Below, piece after piece: positions 1 through 21,493 of a stretch of DNA of 64,000 nucleotides (position 1 is its first letter; every line of letters begins with the position of its first letter). Both the position numbers and the translations under genes were made by a program. The notes below the pieces were generated by a model. It was not told the origin of the DNA, searched no databases, and saw only the letters and a list, made by a program, of their open reading frames with translations. The DNA comes from Balanoglossus misakiensis (lineage: Eukaryota > Animalia > Hemichordata), in contig CM082585.2 of assembly GCA_040954595.2 (NCBI GenBank), positions 6,969,808 through 7,033,807 on the forward strand. The letters are read 5' to 3'.

Positions 1-1526
1 ACTTTGCGAAAAAAGTTATAGCTGTGGAGCTTTAATGGTTGCAGACATCCTGCATAATGCAATATGCAGACTAGCTGTACCAGTATGATGTAGATCTAAA
101 GTACACCCTTTGTGGGCAGGATTCACTGTCCTTTGTTTGTCGCCGTGAGAAAACTTAAATTGGAACATTCGCTTTTGATATCCAGTTGCTTTTCAGACAC
201 TACTTTGTCAGCACTGCAGTACATGAATATGTCACGACATGACATTTCTTTTTTGTATTTATTGCGTACGAAGTCAATTTTTAATGACCGAACACGTTAA
301 CATTCTTTCCTTGTATATTTTGCTTCATGTATTTTCATGAACAAGGAAGTCGTCCTAGATAATGGATAAGTACCCTTTGTGGGAGTCTGTCTTATAATTC
401 AACACATAAATCTATGAGATTTGTGATTACGGCTTCTTAAATAATTCCTAAAGTGCGTGCCATTTAAACTGAGATGCATTTTAACCAGTGTGGTTTAACG
501 CAAAGTTTTGGCTTCAAGTATAAAATGTAAAACTGAAAGTCCTTGAAAAATTGACCCTGTCACATGCTGTGCTATTTGCTATCAGGTGAAGTGATTACCT
601 GTTGTTTTTTCAAGAATGTATATCGCGATTACTTATTAGATTTCTTGTTTTGTTGACCGATGGAGCATTATCCTTGAAAACCTAGCTGTAGTTGCTTTCA
701 GTTCTTGCAGCAAGCCGATTCTTTGCAGGTAATTTTATATTATGAGCAAAACATGTTCACCATAATGATCTGTCACGTGGCCTACACGTACGTTTTGTCA
801 TTGCGTGGATGGGCAATTTCAAAACCTTTACCCCTCAATGATCTCGCCAAATGTCATAGGTCCATAATGGAGAATTTGATGGCACTAAATGAGGGTAATT
901 TGAAAAGATTTGTTTCATTTGTAAACCAGCAAAGTTTAGAAATCCATTTGCAATGCTAACTGTGTAATGGGAATGGTTATCTCTGTGGCTTGTATATTTT
1001 ACCATCAGCATGTTTTGCCAATAGTAAGATCAATGTATATGTTGCACAACTCAGCCTTTAAGTGTGTAGCAGTTGTTCTAGTGTTCAAAGTTGAGATTGT
1101 GATCTGTGCTGTTCATAAATATTGCAAAAAGTCATTATCTTAGCTTGGAAAAAACAGCAAAATTCGGATGTGACATTTTTTTGTCAATGTTAAATTACAG
1201 CTGAAAAGCTATTGTTTGTTTGTTGTTTTAAGTGTGCACAATTTGCCAAGATGGTTAACTCTCTTCTGACAATTTTTGGTCCCCACGGTGTTTGTCAGAA
1301 ATGTTGACGTCATTAGCAAGCAGAATCACTTGAATGTAATTTAAATATGGATGCCCAGAGTCATGGGCAGGATATGAAACTCGTGACAAAGATTGAAGGT
1401 TTTCAGCATTTCCTGTGACGTTGCTATTTGCAAAAAAGCAAACACAATAGGTAGTTCTCATTTGTCATATTACCTTGTCAAGACAGTACATATCAACTTC
1501 CTGTGTGATATGTTATACTCACTTGT

Positions 1527-1939
1527 TTAAGGTGGCAGTGATGTTTACACAGGGATTTTGGCTAAATATAACACTTTGAAAAAACTAGTGGTACTTTTTC
1601 TCGAATGTTGGTACATGTACTTCATTTATTAACTATCAACTTTTTAAAACCTCGATCTTTCAATCAATGTCACTGAAGAACAAATGTTCATGAAGGCTTT
1701 TGTTTCAAATGAGAAATGAACTTTCTAGAAAATGACATCCGCTCTTGAAGTATATTTCTTATATATATTTTTGGCTTAACATGTCTAATTTCTGGTTTTT
1801 AGTAAAGTCACCATGTCCAAGTAAAGCTCAGATAATCAGCTTTATGAAAATGTGCTGTTTGTAGGAGTTTCCACTATTTTCAAAGAGAAACCTTAGGCTT
1901 TGAAAAATATCATGCAGGCAATATGTAGTGCCACCTTAA
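1527..1939. mobile_element. Non-autonomous DNA transposon (MITE), TTAA-flanked, Kolobok-like
   Basis: Left end TTAA|GGTGGCAGT at 1527 and right end AGTGCCACC|TTAA ending at 1939: a short TIR (GGTGGCA) plus a TTAA duplication around about 405 bp of non-coding interior. RR..YY termini with TTAA fit Kolobok rather than piggyBac. Confidence 0.6.
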
Positions 1940-2329
1940 TTACCATACTGTGATAGATACATGTAGCCGCATGCTATAGATAGGAAGTATATTGAAGGTT
2001 GAATTAAAAGCCTTAGATTAATGTCCTTGACCTTTCGATCATTTTACATGTGAAGGGTAATTTGACACTATCAGTCTGTCTGGTGATTTGTTTTCATGCT
2101 TGTCAGAGTCATCTTTTGTGTTCATGAACGTCAAAACAAATTGATGAAACACTTTGTAAGATTCGCGTTGAAGTGCAATTAACTGATACGAACAGTTTAC
2201 CCATGGCATTCAATTGTACAATGCCTTCCTGCATTTGTACTGTATGCAAATTAGGTCCCAATATGGCTGACACGTTACAGTTGATGTGCATGTACTGAGT
2301 GACTGAAATATTTTCATTTTATCTCGCAT

Positions 2330-2444
2330 TTGCATAATTTTATAGCGATTTTATAACAATTTTCTAACTGTTTTATTAAGTTAATACAGTGTTGTATGAA
2401 ACTGATAGAAAATTGTAATATAAAATCGCCATAAAATTATGCAA
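2330..2444. repeat. AT-rich fold-back inverted repeat
   Basis: Arm ttgcataattttatagcgattttataacaattttcta (2330-2366) pairs with tagaaaattgtaatataaaatcgccataaaattatgcaa (2406-2444) with one mismatch and one 2-nt indel. Confidence 0.85.
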
Positions 2445-5400
2445 GACAGATAGACATCTGGTACATGAACCGGTAGACAGACAGACACACGGGCAGTAAT
2501 CAGTATAGTTCCTATGTTTAAACATGGGAGCTAAATTTGTTTTTTAAGTCCACGTGATTTTACATAGCAATGGCCATTAACGGCAAATTTACCTATCTGA
2601 TCGTACCGGTACACCCAGTAAAGGCTGTAGTCTCATGAACAATCACACTATTGACAGTGTATCATGTACTCTATCCCCTTATCCAATTAACTGTAAGACA
2701 AACATGGGGAAGTGTATTTGTGCAGAAAATGTGAGCTAATATTTGGAAACTATTTCTGAAATAATATTATGAACAAATGTTGACGCTTGGCATTTTGCTA
2801 AATGCTCCTACATGCACTTAGAATTGGGTTGAATGGACTCATAAAATACATGGGCATCGAGTCTCTATTGAAAAAAAAAGTTTGTTGAAGGCTGTAAGGG
2901 GATATTAACAATCCAATAAATGTCCACTATTTGTAACTTTATACAAATGAAAGACTTTTTTGAAGTAAACACTGTGTTTTGGTTTAAAGAGATGCTGAGT
3001 ACTACGATGCCTTATGAATATTCAGAAGATTAACAGTAGGATGTAGATTTATGACATTTTTACGCACATGCCCCAGAATACAAGTGTGCAGTCATTTCCA
3101 TTAGTTTGGACAGAACCTGCAGCATCAAAACATGTCAGGCTTTTGCATGATTGATGCATTTTTGCTTTTTACAGAAGAAAAAATGTTCCATCTGATCAGT
3201 GGCCCCGCTGAGTCTTCTTTCTATTGGTGCAATAAATTCAATTATCCACGGGGTTGTTTCGTTTGCAAGCCGCAGCACTTTCCTGTGTCGCAGTGTGTGT
3301 GTCAGATCGCTTGTCGAACACTAAAAGCATCAAGTGTTATTAAATTTACGAGCGGTTGGATCAGCTGGAAAAAAATTATGACATCAGAGTTGGTGTACGT
3401 GTACTCTGAAATTTGCAAGAGAGGCTTGGGAAATTCTTCCGTGCACACTTTTGCCAATTCCCTTTATTGCGGGAAAAATACTGAAAAGATAGATAACAGT
3501 TTGTAGTTTCTGGGGCTTGAATGTTACTGTGGTAACAACAGAGATCTCGCATTCATGGTTCAGTGGTTAGTTGACACATGGTTTCCACTTAACAAGATGC
3601 GTTAGTTCTGTCTAGAAGATTCACATTTAAGGAAGCATATACGGTACACTGCCCTCTATGGTTTTGAAGACAAAATCAAAAGTGATCGAGTGATTAGTGA
3701 CATGTGTCCAGTAAAAATACACCACCAGTATGCAAAACCATGCAAACTTCATGTGTTTCGAATATTTCTTCCGGTGTGTACATATTCTCAGGGATCACTG
3801 CTTCTAAAAGTTTGTGTTTGTACCTCCAAATAATAATACTGATAGTCATGTACAGATAGGAAATGAGCTTCTTTTAAAGCGTTAACATTTTACATTTGTA
3901 CCAGACATAAAGGAATGGGGCCATTAGGTCCAATAAAAGTCATTTGATGGTTTCGGGGTCGTAAAAATTAAGTAGGGTAACAGACAGCCATTACCTGTGT
4001 AATAACTTCAGCTTTTCAATGTCATTTGGATCACTGAATGTCAGATTGATGATAGAACTATTTGTTTACATGCTCATACTTTTGTGGATGTTTAAAGATG
4101 GATGTGTGCTTTCAGAATGTCAGAATAATTTAACTCTTCCCGTAGGATTTATATAGTTGCCTACTTGAAATATTACGCGTAATAGCTATATGACTGAGTT
4201 CCAAGAAACTGACATGAAAATTTTAACATATCCAGGTACCTATTGAACAGATATATTATCCTGCAAATAAGTGTGAAGATGTTGTCAGCAAATCCTTAAT
4301 ATTTTACACTTTGAAAGGAAAATTCATCGGACGCTGCTAGCTTGTTGCCATGGCAATCAAAAATTCCTGGGGAGATATGGCTTTATTTTCGTGCGGGTGA
4401 GTTTACGATTGGAATTATTGTGAATACCCTTTTACAGTGCATGTAGCAATGGGAGTGAAAGTACATGCAGGTGAATGCCCATATTTGGACAAATATGCCA
4501 AAACAAGATGCAGCAACTTATTGCACAAAATGCTAGCTTCTGTGTTACAGAAGTACTCATCCAAATATTGAAAACAGAAAAGTTACACAGAGCTCATAGA
4601 TGTTTCCTTATCAGTGTCTTACTTTCAACCCCAAAAAATCAACAGAAACTTCAGGAGGAATGTCAGCTAGAATAGCTAGACAACAAAACATGTGGGCAAT
4701 TTGTATGCAAATAAGCTGTTTCTGAAATATAGCCAATTTGCATGTCAAGTTGAACAAGACTCGGCCCCATATATAACCTTCTTCAAATAGACAGTGCAGC
4801 AACATCAGATCCTCTGTAAGCTTTAAGCCTCCCAAAACTATCACATGCTATATTTACACTGAGCAATTTATGGGATAACGGATGTGTAAATATTCCTTTT
4901 CATGTCTTCCCGCTCTTCTGCGTCATTCCTGGCTCGGTTGTCGGCCAGGAATTAAAAGCTCAGTATGCCGGAGCTTGTCTGCTGCTCCCTCATTGACTTT
5001 TCATGAGCACGGAAGAAGTTCTTCTCTGTTCAGTGTGCAGCCAGCCTGATGAGCCTGAATTTCCTGGCGCTTTCTCACGCGAATAAATATTTACCGAGTC
5101 TGCGGATTGGCGCGTGTCGTGAGATGATAATCTGAACTGCCTCTTGCTTTGTTAAAATAAATCTTTGCATCTTTTGATTTATGAAATGAGTACGGAGGCT
5201 GAAAGATATCTTTGATCGGTAAAGACCATATCTCTCTTTCCACGTGACACCTTCAACTCAGTGATCAATCACTTTATAAAGATGCACTGTTCTTTATGAA
5301 ACAAGAGGAAAGACAACATTGGGATTAACCCCTGACAAACATTTACATTGCGTACTCTCATTCTTGAAAGATGAAGGTTTTTTAAAGATTTATTAAGATC

Positions 5401-7642
5401 ACTGCGATGATACTTATTGACAAACGAAGTATCGAAAGAAATGGCATTTACTGTCATCTTTCCAATGATAGACCGGCAAAATAAGGGCATTTATAATTGC
5501 TGATGACTGACATCATAATTGGCTATCATCTGTGTAGCGTGTAAATGACATGAATTTCCTCATTAACCTACCCATTGGTGAAAGCCTTGAATAACAAAAA
5601 AAAACCCACGCAATTAATTAATTAGTATGAAACTATCAGTCCACTGCAAACCAGTTTGCTGCGGACAACATGCAGAGTCATAGAGGTTTTAATGTGCGTC
5701 CATTTTGATGAGGGAGGGAATTCAATTTTCAGGCAATTATTGCCACTTTGTCACGTCTGTGCTAATCAAATAACGTTTGTACAAATACTCTTAAATGAGA
5801 GCAAAGTTGGCTGTATGCACAGTGGGTGATGATGCAAGGGGATTGGCTCAAACTGTGTGAAAAAAATCAGCTTTTCAACATTGCAGTTTGATCCTATCTC
5901 TATGCTTTAGTCAGTAAATTTGGACCAGTGCATTAAAAAATTGAAGGCAACAAAAGACAAGTAATGATGCCAAGCAGCTGACAGATTTTTTGGTTATTTA
6001 TTGCAAAATACAGTACGGTAAAAAAAACTTGAATATTAAGTCAATTTAAAAAAACATTCTTTTTTCAACTGAAGATGCATTGGTTTAATTAATTTGCGGC
6101 TGGACTGATTACAATGTGGTATTAAGACATTTGCATATTAATGTTGTGAATCAATAGCTAAGAAATCACAAAGTTACCGTGGCAATATTTAGCTTTCAGT
6201 GACTGGGTTTTAGTCTTTTGTGCAACACGTGCCTCTGTGATTGTAAGCTTTTTCTATTCAAGTACTGACAAAAAATCCTATTAGAAGCAGCAGCTATTAT
6301 TAACATTTTTAAATGCGTTGACATGCGCCTTCAATTATAGGTATACTTACATAATAGATTTTTTAAATAGAAAACTGAAGTCATCAAATTTGATTTGATC
6401 CAAGGTTCTGTGCTTCAGAATCACAGGTATTAATTTTGGATGCAACTTCACTTCAGAATTTAATTTAATAACACTGGCATATCTGCCCAACATACATGTA
6501 GTCCATACCGGTAAGTAATGGAACTGAAATTTCTTTAATAAATATAGACTGGATAATCAATACACCTTGGGACATATTTGATACATGCAAATAAATCATG
6601 TTTCAGGAAAATTGTCCCAAAACGATAAAAGTTTTCGAGTGAGCTTAAATTCATCGTCTGTCATAAAGGTTAAGACACATCTAGAACAACAGGTTCTCTG
6701 CTACGCTGTAATTGATGAGAAGCAGACTCCACGTTTTGCATACTCGCACGGTGTCCCAAAATACACAACTTGTTCTAAAATTAGATCTGTTTGTGGGGAG
6801 GATTGGGGTTTCGGGTCGATGGGTCGTGCACGACTTCTCGTCCCAAATGGACGGCAAGTGAAACGTGAGCCCCAGGCATGAAGCTTATTTCACGGACGGA
6901 TTTCTGTGCTGGGGAAAAAAATGAACCAATAATGGCCGTAACGAATGATAGCCCCAAAGATTAGTCGTATAATTCTCGTGAGAAGAAAAGAAGATGAACT
7001 GCGAGCGGCAGAAGTCGTGATCGACGGCGCAGTCTGAATTTTCTGAAAGCCGGGATTTCTAAACGGAACGAAAATCTTTAGTCATAAGTCCAGAAGGTGA
7101 ATTACTGCTCTAACTTGGTAGAGAGAAACTTTTGAAAGTTATCTTTTAAAGGTATATTGTACAGTACGTGCATGTTTAGTGTGTTAGAGTGCACTGAGTA
7201 CATCTAACTGTAGCCCGTGGTACGGTGAACGAAACCATCAAATACAGGTGTGCCTGTGGCATTGTGACCTTCAACCCCTATCAGTGGAGCATGCTCACGA
7301 ACACATACATGCAGGCTGTGGCGGACAAAGTTGAAACTCCTCCCATGGAGAATTCATGGAAATATCCAAAGTAGCGTTGAACTGATGCCCTTTCTACATG
7401 TACTTCTCCATTTCATTGTCCCCCCGGCCTGGTCCATTGCTAGTTCATGTCTTGGCTGATCAGTTCTCGATGACCTTTACAGTCGACTTTAATGTGTCTT
7501 GCATGAGCAATGAAGCCTCATGGAAGCAGTGGCCTGCGTCGATACTGACGACATCCACAACACACAGCGGCTAACGAACAATTGTGGGATGGCAATATCT
7601 TCATAACATTTTAAGAGGGAGACAGCAAACTCATCCCTTTGA

Positions 7643-7699
7643 GTGACTGAGTGAGTGAGTGAGTGAGTGAGTGAGTGTGTGTGTGTGTATGTATGTATG
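7643..7699. repeat. Compound microsatellite (GAGT)n(GT)n(ATGT)n
   Basis: Directly visible tandem units. Confidence 0.9.
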
Positions 7700-10387
7700 A
7701 AAGTGTTACATCAACCTGTAAGAGATTATATGACAATAAAATTTTTACTGGAGCGTTCTTATTTATCATGAATGGATTTCTAAAGCTGATTATGATTGAA
7801 ATGTCCTTCAGCTTGTCATGCATGTTTTATCACCTGCATTTTCAGCTGTGTCAACTTTTATGTCTCTGATGGGCCCGGCTTCCTGTTATTTGTATGGAAC
7901 CTGCAGCTCCAATTCGCACTGTGCGTATGTCACGACTGAATGGTATTGAAAATTGTCCTTTCTGAAATTGCCAATTCCGTGAGTAATGTTTGGAGGAGGA
8001 TATCGCAGGAAATTGCAATTTTATCAATAATCTATGTTATTTACTGAAATGTTGTTCAGGTGTTTCCACCACAGGTAGTAATGAGGTTCAGCTGCTTATG
8101 ACTTTCGACTATTAATCATTTGTTTTAAAACTTCACCCCTTTTCATCAAAAAAGAAGGACAAAGGTTTATTTTTCCCCATGTTTAAGGTTTTAAATATCT
8201 ATTGTTTTCTCATTTATTAAACTAAACACAAAAATTAAAAATAAAATTTTAATAAAAGGAGTCAGAGAAAATTGATCTATTTTCACAGTTTAACTTCAAT
8301 TTGTTATCTTAAACTGATCTCACTAATAAATTGATTAGTTTTATAATGCTAGTAGAAGGAGAATCTAGTTCCAACATTGTAAAGCTTAATTTGAAGTATA
8401 GTCGCTAATCCACAGCTGAAATATATTGAAATATTAATATAAAAAACAGAACATAATTGAAAGAATACATGTAAGCTTGAAAGTAAAATTTACTCACCTG
8501 TCGAAAGTTATCCAGAATTGTCAACCACCACCCACACAAGTCCCAGTTTCATTTGTTTCCACGGTAACAAGAAATGGGTGTTGAGAGCACCCTTGGCATT
8601 TAAGAACGCTAAACGGCTCTTGGCGTGCGCCCCTGATGCAGATTCCAGATCTGTGATCACTGAAGGAGGAATTGTCGCAGCAGATCAGCATCTGAGTTTT
8701 GCGTTTCACCTGATGCCTAATCAGAAGCCGGTATCAGCGATGCTGTGCGGGCAGTCTCTGCTCACCGAATGGAAGAGCGAATATTCAACATTCTGCTCTT
8801 GAGCGCGAATAGGTGTATCTCAACATTGTAGCTAAGTGGTCTGATAACCGTGCCCCTAGATTTGTGATTTTTAGTGATAACGACTAATTCTGGGGCAATA
8901 TTGACGTCAAATGTTTATTAAAAAAATCAAGTTGGGTATTTTCATGCATACATATGTAATTAAAATTTTAGGAAAATCGTCTTCATAGTGGCACTTAAAA
9001 ACAATGCTTTTAATACCTTTTGTAATTTGGTGTGAATGCCTTTCAATTAAAAGTCTACAATCAGAATACATGTACTGCAGTTACTTGGCTGTGCAGCAGC
9101 TAGAAACATACCAAGTTGCCATAGAAACTACACTAGACTTATAAGCCCATCTTGTTAAAAGAAACCGCTATGAAACTCGAACAGAATTACCGAAATAATT
9201 GAATAAATAAAAGGGGATGTTTTATGACCATTTTTATCTGTCTGCTGAATTCCCCCCCAAGGGTAATTTCTGCTGGTCGTATCTGTTTTGTTACCATGGT
9301 TGCAAATTTCCTGTTATTTTTGTGGGAAAGTTGAGATGTGAATTCAATCTGTGAAATTGTCTGACAAGATCCCTCAGTGCTCTTATTGGCTGATTAGTAT
9401 CCCTTTATTTGTTTCTCCGTAGTATTTTTTGTAATAATTCTAATTTTGATAAAATGGCAAAAGTGATCCCCCTGACATTGAACACATACTGCATATATGT
9501 GCGCATGAAAAATTGAAACTTACATGTACTGGCATTATTTACAGCTCTTCCATTTCAGTTGTAAATGGTAAAATTTGTGATTTATCACTCATATACGTGA
9601 ATGCAACAAACAGAAGTACACACATTTTCATTATTTAAAAATCTCAGGTTTCAATCGTAAATTATATGGTTTATGATTTATTTCTGGTTTGGTTATAAAT
9701 GAACACTCTCACGGAAAAGTGACCCTGTGAATCCCTTTGTATTACTCAACTCTTGGCTTGCACATGTTCATGAAGATAGAATATTTCCTGTGTTATCAGT
9801 TTTGAAATTTCAAAAACACAAGGAGTATACCATATCTAATCAGGAAAGGAAAAATGAACAACCTGAAGGTAAAATTTGAATACTTTATGATTCAGGGTAA
9901 GATATCAAATGATCTGCATTGTACATATGTTCACTTGGAATATCGCCTGCAGAAATATTGTAAGCAGTCACGACGTCCTGTATGTCATGCATATTGCTTT
10001 TATTAAAATGCCCACAACCAAAGTTTTTCACCACCTGAGTCATTTTCAGATTGCACCTATGGGAAACTTTATATACATGGGAGTGCTATTTGGCTTTTGC
10101 TATTTTACAGAAAATTCATGTCTTGATTTTTATCTACTAATACTAGGCTTTACATCTTAGCGTTGTTCAAATTTAGGTGAAAACTATTTTATTTCATTGT
10201 AGTTTCAGAAAAATGCAGGCGAACACAGTTGATCAAAGTATGACAAAATGAATGGTAATTTGCCGTCAAAAATAGCGCCAGTGACACTGTTGCTCACATA
10301 ATAGGTGGCAAAACACCTGATTGCTTTTGCAAACGTAAACTGGGCCATTCCTATCTAAATGTCAATGTTTACTTTCTTACTTAACAG

Positions 10388-19087
<8,700 letters not shown>

Positions 19088-20608
19088 CATGATTTTGTCA
19101 CCGTGGTAGTGATTGAGTCATGTGATGCTGAGCAGATTTTCTGGAAATTTAACGAAGATATATTTTTTTCGCCGAGAGTTAGATTTTCTGAGAACCCAAT
19201 AATGTTGCCGATGGTGGGAATTTTTGACAGGGAATTGTAGATTCCAGAGAAGTCGTATACCTGTGAGAATACAACGCTATTAGCTCTAATTTGCATATTG
19301 AAACCTAGCAACCACGTTGAGTCGTACGTATTCTCGCTACAGGTTGATTCGTTTTTGTCTTCAGTAGATGCGAGAAATGTTGTCTGTTTTGTGGGACATG
19401 AGGTTTTGTTCTTATAAGCTGAATTGTCTCGTCTGGGTTGTTTTGCAGTTTTAAAAAAAAGCCCACTTTCTGTTCATCTTTGGCGGAGTTCTCTGCATGC
19501 AAAATTCATGACGACGAGGAATGAAACATGCAAGAGACTTGATGGAGATGTCTGCATTTCTTGACTGCAGGAAGCATGTCCTCTGTGCTGAATTTAAAAA
19601 CAAAAATCATGGCTGTGATTTCGTTTTCCTTGGGAAATTTACTTTTAATTTACTTTTCATATGGAGTTATCTGAAAACCAGTTTGATACCCTGGATTGTG
19701 ATCAGCTGCTGAAAGAGAGAAATTCGCAGTGGATAAATTATAGATCAATTTTTTAGCATGTAAAATTATGAAGTATGAAATATCGTGTAGTACTGATGAA
19801 AAAACTACACTTTCCAGCAAAGTGTGTGAAGTGTAAAAGCAAAACTCGCATGGATATTTAAGATATGCTTTTAAAAAAACAGAAAAATTCAGTTTGCTAA
19901 ATGGTTTGATTACTGTCACCTATATGCCACATAGAGAAGCCAAATACAAGTTAAAATAGCAACTGCATGCAGATGGGAATTTGCTGGGTTTTTCCACCCC
20001 AGTTTAATTGTTTTCATGTTTTCGTACAATTTGCAGGACTCTGACATAATGAAAATGAAACCAGCCCCAAACTAATTCACGGTTTGTGACCCTTTCTTTT
20101 AAAAAATAATCCATAAGCAAACACACAAGAGTGACAGCTGATGAATTTCAATCAATTTCTACCACTTTCTTGTCAGCGAGGACAATTTCAAGTACCGCAC
20201 TAAAATGACACCCGATGTACAGGAACAAAGAATTCCTGCGTCCACGGCAAATGTAAATTAAATCCCTCGCCTTAAAAGTTGCCAAATCAATCATATCAAT
20301 GTAATTTGGCACCAGAAGTTCATTATCGTAAGCTGGGCATGACAAACATACAGATGAATTTACGAGGGGATTTATCACCGAAGGCAATGAAACAGTGGCC
20401 TAAGTTTTACCATAAAATAACAGTATAGCACAGTCTGTCAGACTTACAAGAAGGTAAAATGGAATCCCTAGGGGGCTGTTAGTTGATCGACCTATTTTCA
20501 AGACATGTGAACTTTGTTTCTACAGTCTGGCAAGGTCATTGCAGGCGTTTCAAGGAAGAAACTGTGAGTCGGAGTACTGAATCATACGATCGCCATCATC
20601 GTTATGGT

Positions 20609-20658
20609 GGTCAAAAGTCAGCCATTTTTGTCGGGGTCAAAAGTCAGCCATTTTTGTC
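20609..20658. repeat. Tandem duplication, 24-bp unit x2
   Basis: ggtcaaaagtcagccatttttgtc occurs at 20609-20632 and 20635-20658. Confidence 0.9.
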
Positions 20659-21280
20659 TGTCACGATTGAGTTTTATGTACATGTCATAATGTGTACTGG
20701 TACCGCTAGATTGGCCATTAAAGCTTAAATGAAGATAAAAGAACTTGGTCAGTTTATGACACGTGGAGCTTTATTGATAAACACCATGTTTTAATGTTGG
20801 TTTATGATGATGTCGATCGTTGCGAGTATTAAAATATGGATGCTGTAAAATCCTTTTATAATGTGCTGCTGGTAATGGCTTATCCTATGATGTCACCCTA
20901 CGATATGCCGAAAACGGTAGTCCAAGTGCTTCCTTTAATATTAACATTCCACAGTCCAGATGCGAACTATTGCTTCAAGCATTCCCTTAATGCAACTCAA
21001 CTTATGAATTATTTAGTGGAAGTTTTGTTCTGATGAGACCAAGCATACCTCACTGTCATGTAAAGATCATTTTTACACAGCTGACCTTCCCAAGAATCGT
21101 TTGTATCTGCAGGCTGTGATGAAGAATTTCATCAAGACCGTGACCAACTAGAGCTGCATGTCGGATCTCAGGAGAAATTTGATCAGATGTTGAAGTTGAT
21201 ACAAAGTCTATCAAGTGCAAATTGCTTCCCTCTTTCAACTCTGATCAGTTTTGGGTTCACTGTTGTGTGTCGTATTGGGA

Positions 21281-21493
21281 TTGGATGCAGATTGATATAA
21301 CACAGTCTTCCTACAGGACTTCATGAAGGCAGATTGCGGGGAGGTTATAGAGGTAGATCATATCTCAATCTACAGTAGTACTTCTTGAATGAGGTAGATT
21401 GCAGGGAGGTTGGATGTAGATTAATATAGCACAACTTCCTATAGGACTTCATGATGAAGGCAGATTGTAGAAAGATTAGAAGTAGATTATACT
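21281..21493. repeat. Diverged direct repeat, period about 129 bp
   Basis: ttggatgcagattgatataacacagtcttcctacaggacttcatgaaggcagattg (21281) versus ttggatgtagattaatatagcacaacttcctataggacttcatgatgaaggcagattg (21410). Confidence 0.8.

Noticed and set aside
1-10387. Search for PRKX 5' exons (Gly-rich loop, ALK, HPF motifs)
   Set aside because: No matching exon was found; the region is treated as one long intron with the 5' exons upstream of the window.
20609-21493. Short direct repeats as a possible CRISPR-like array
   Set aside because: Only two copies each, no repeat-spacer regularity, no cas genes, and a eukaryotic context.
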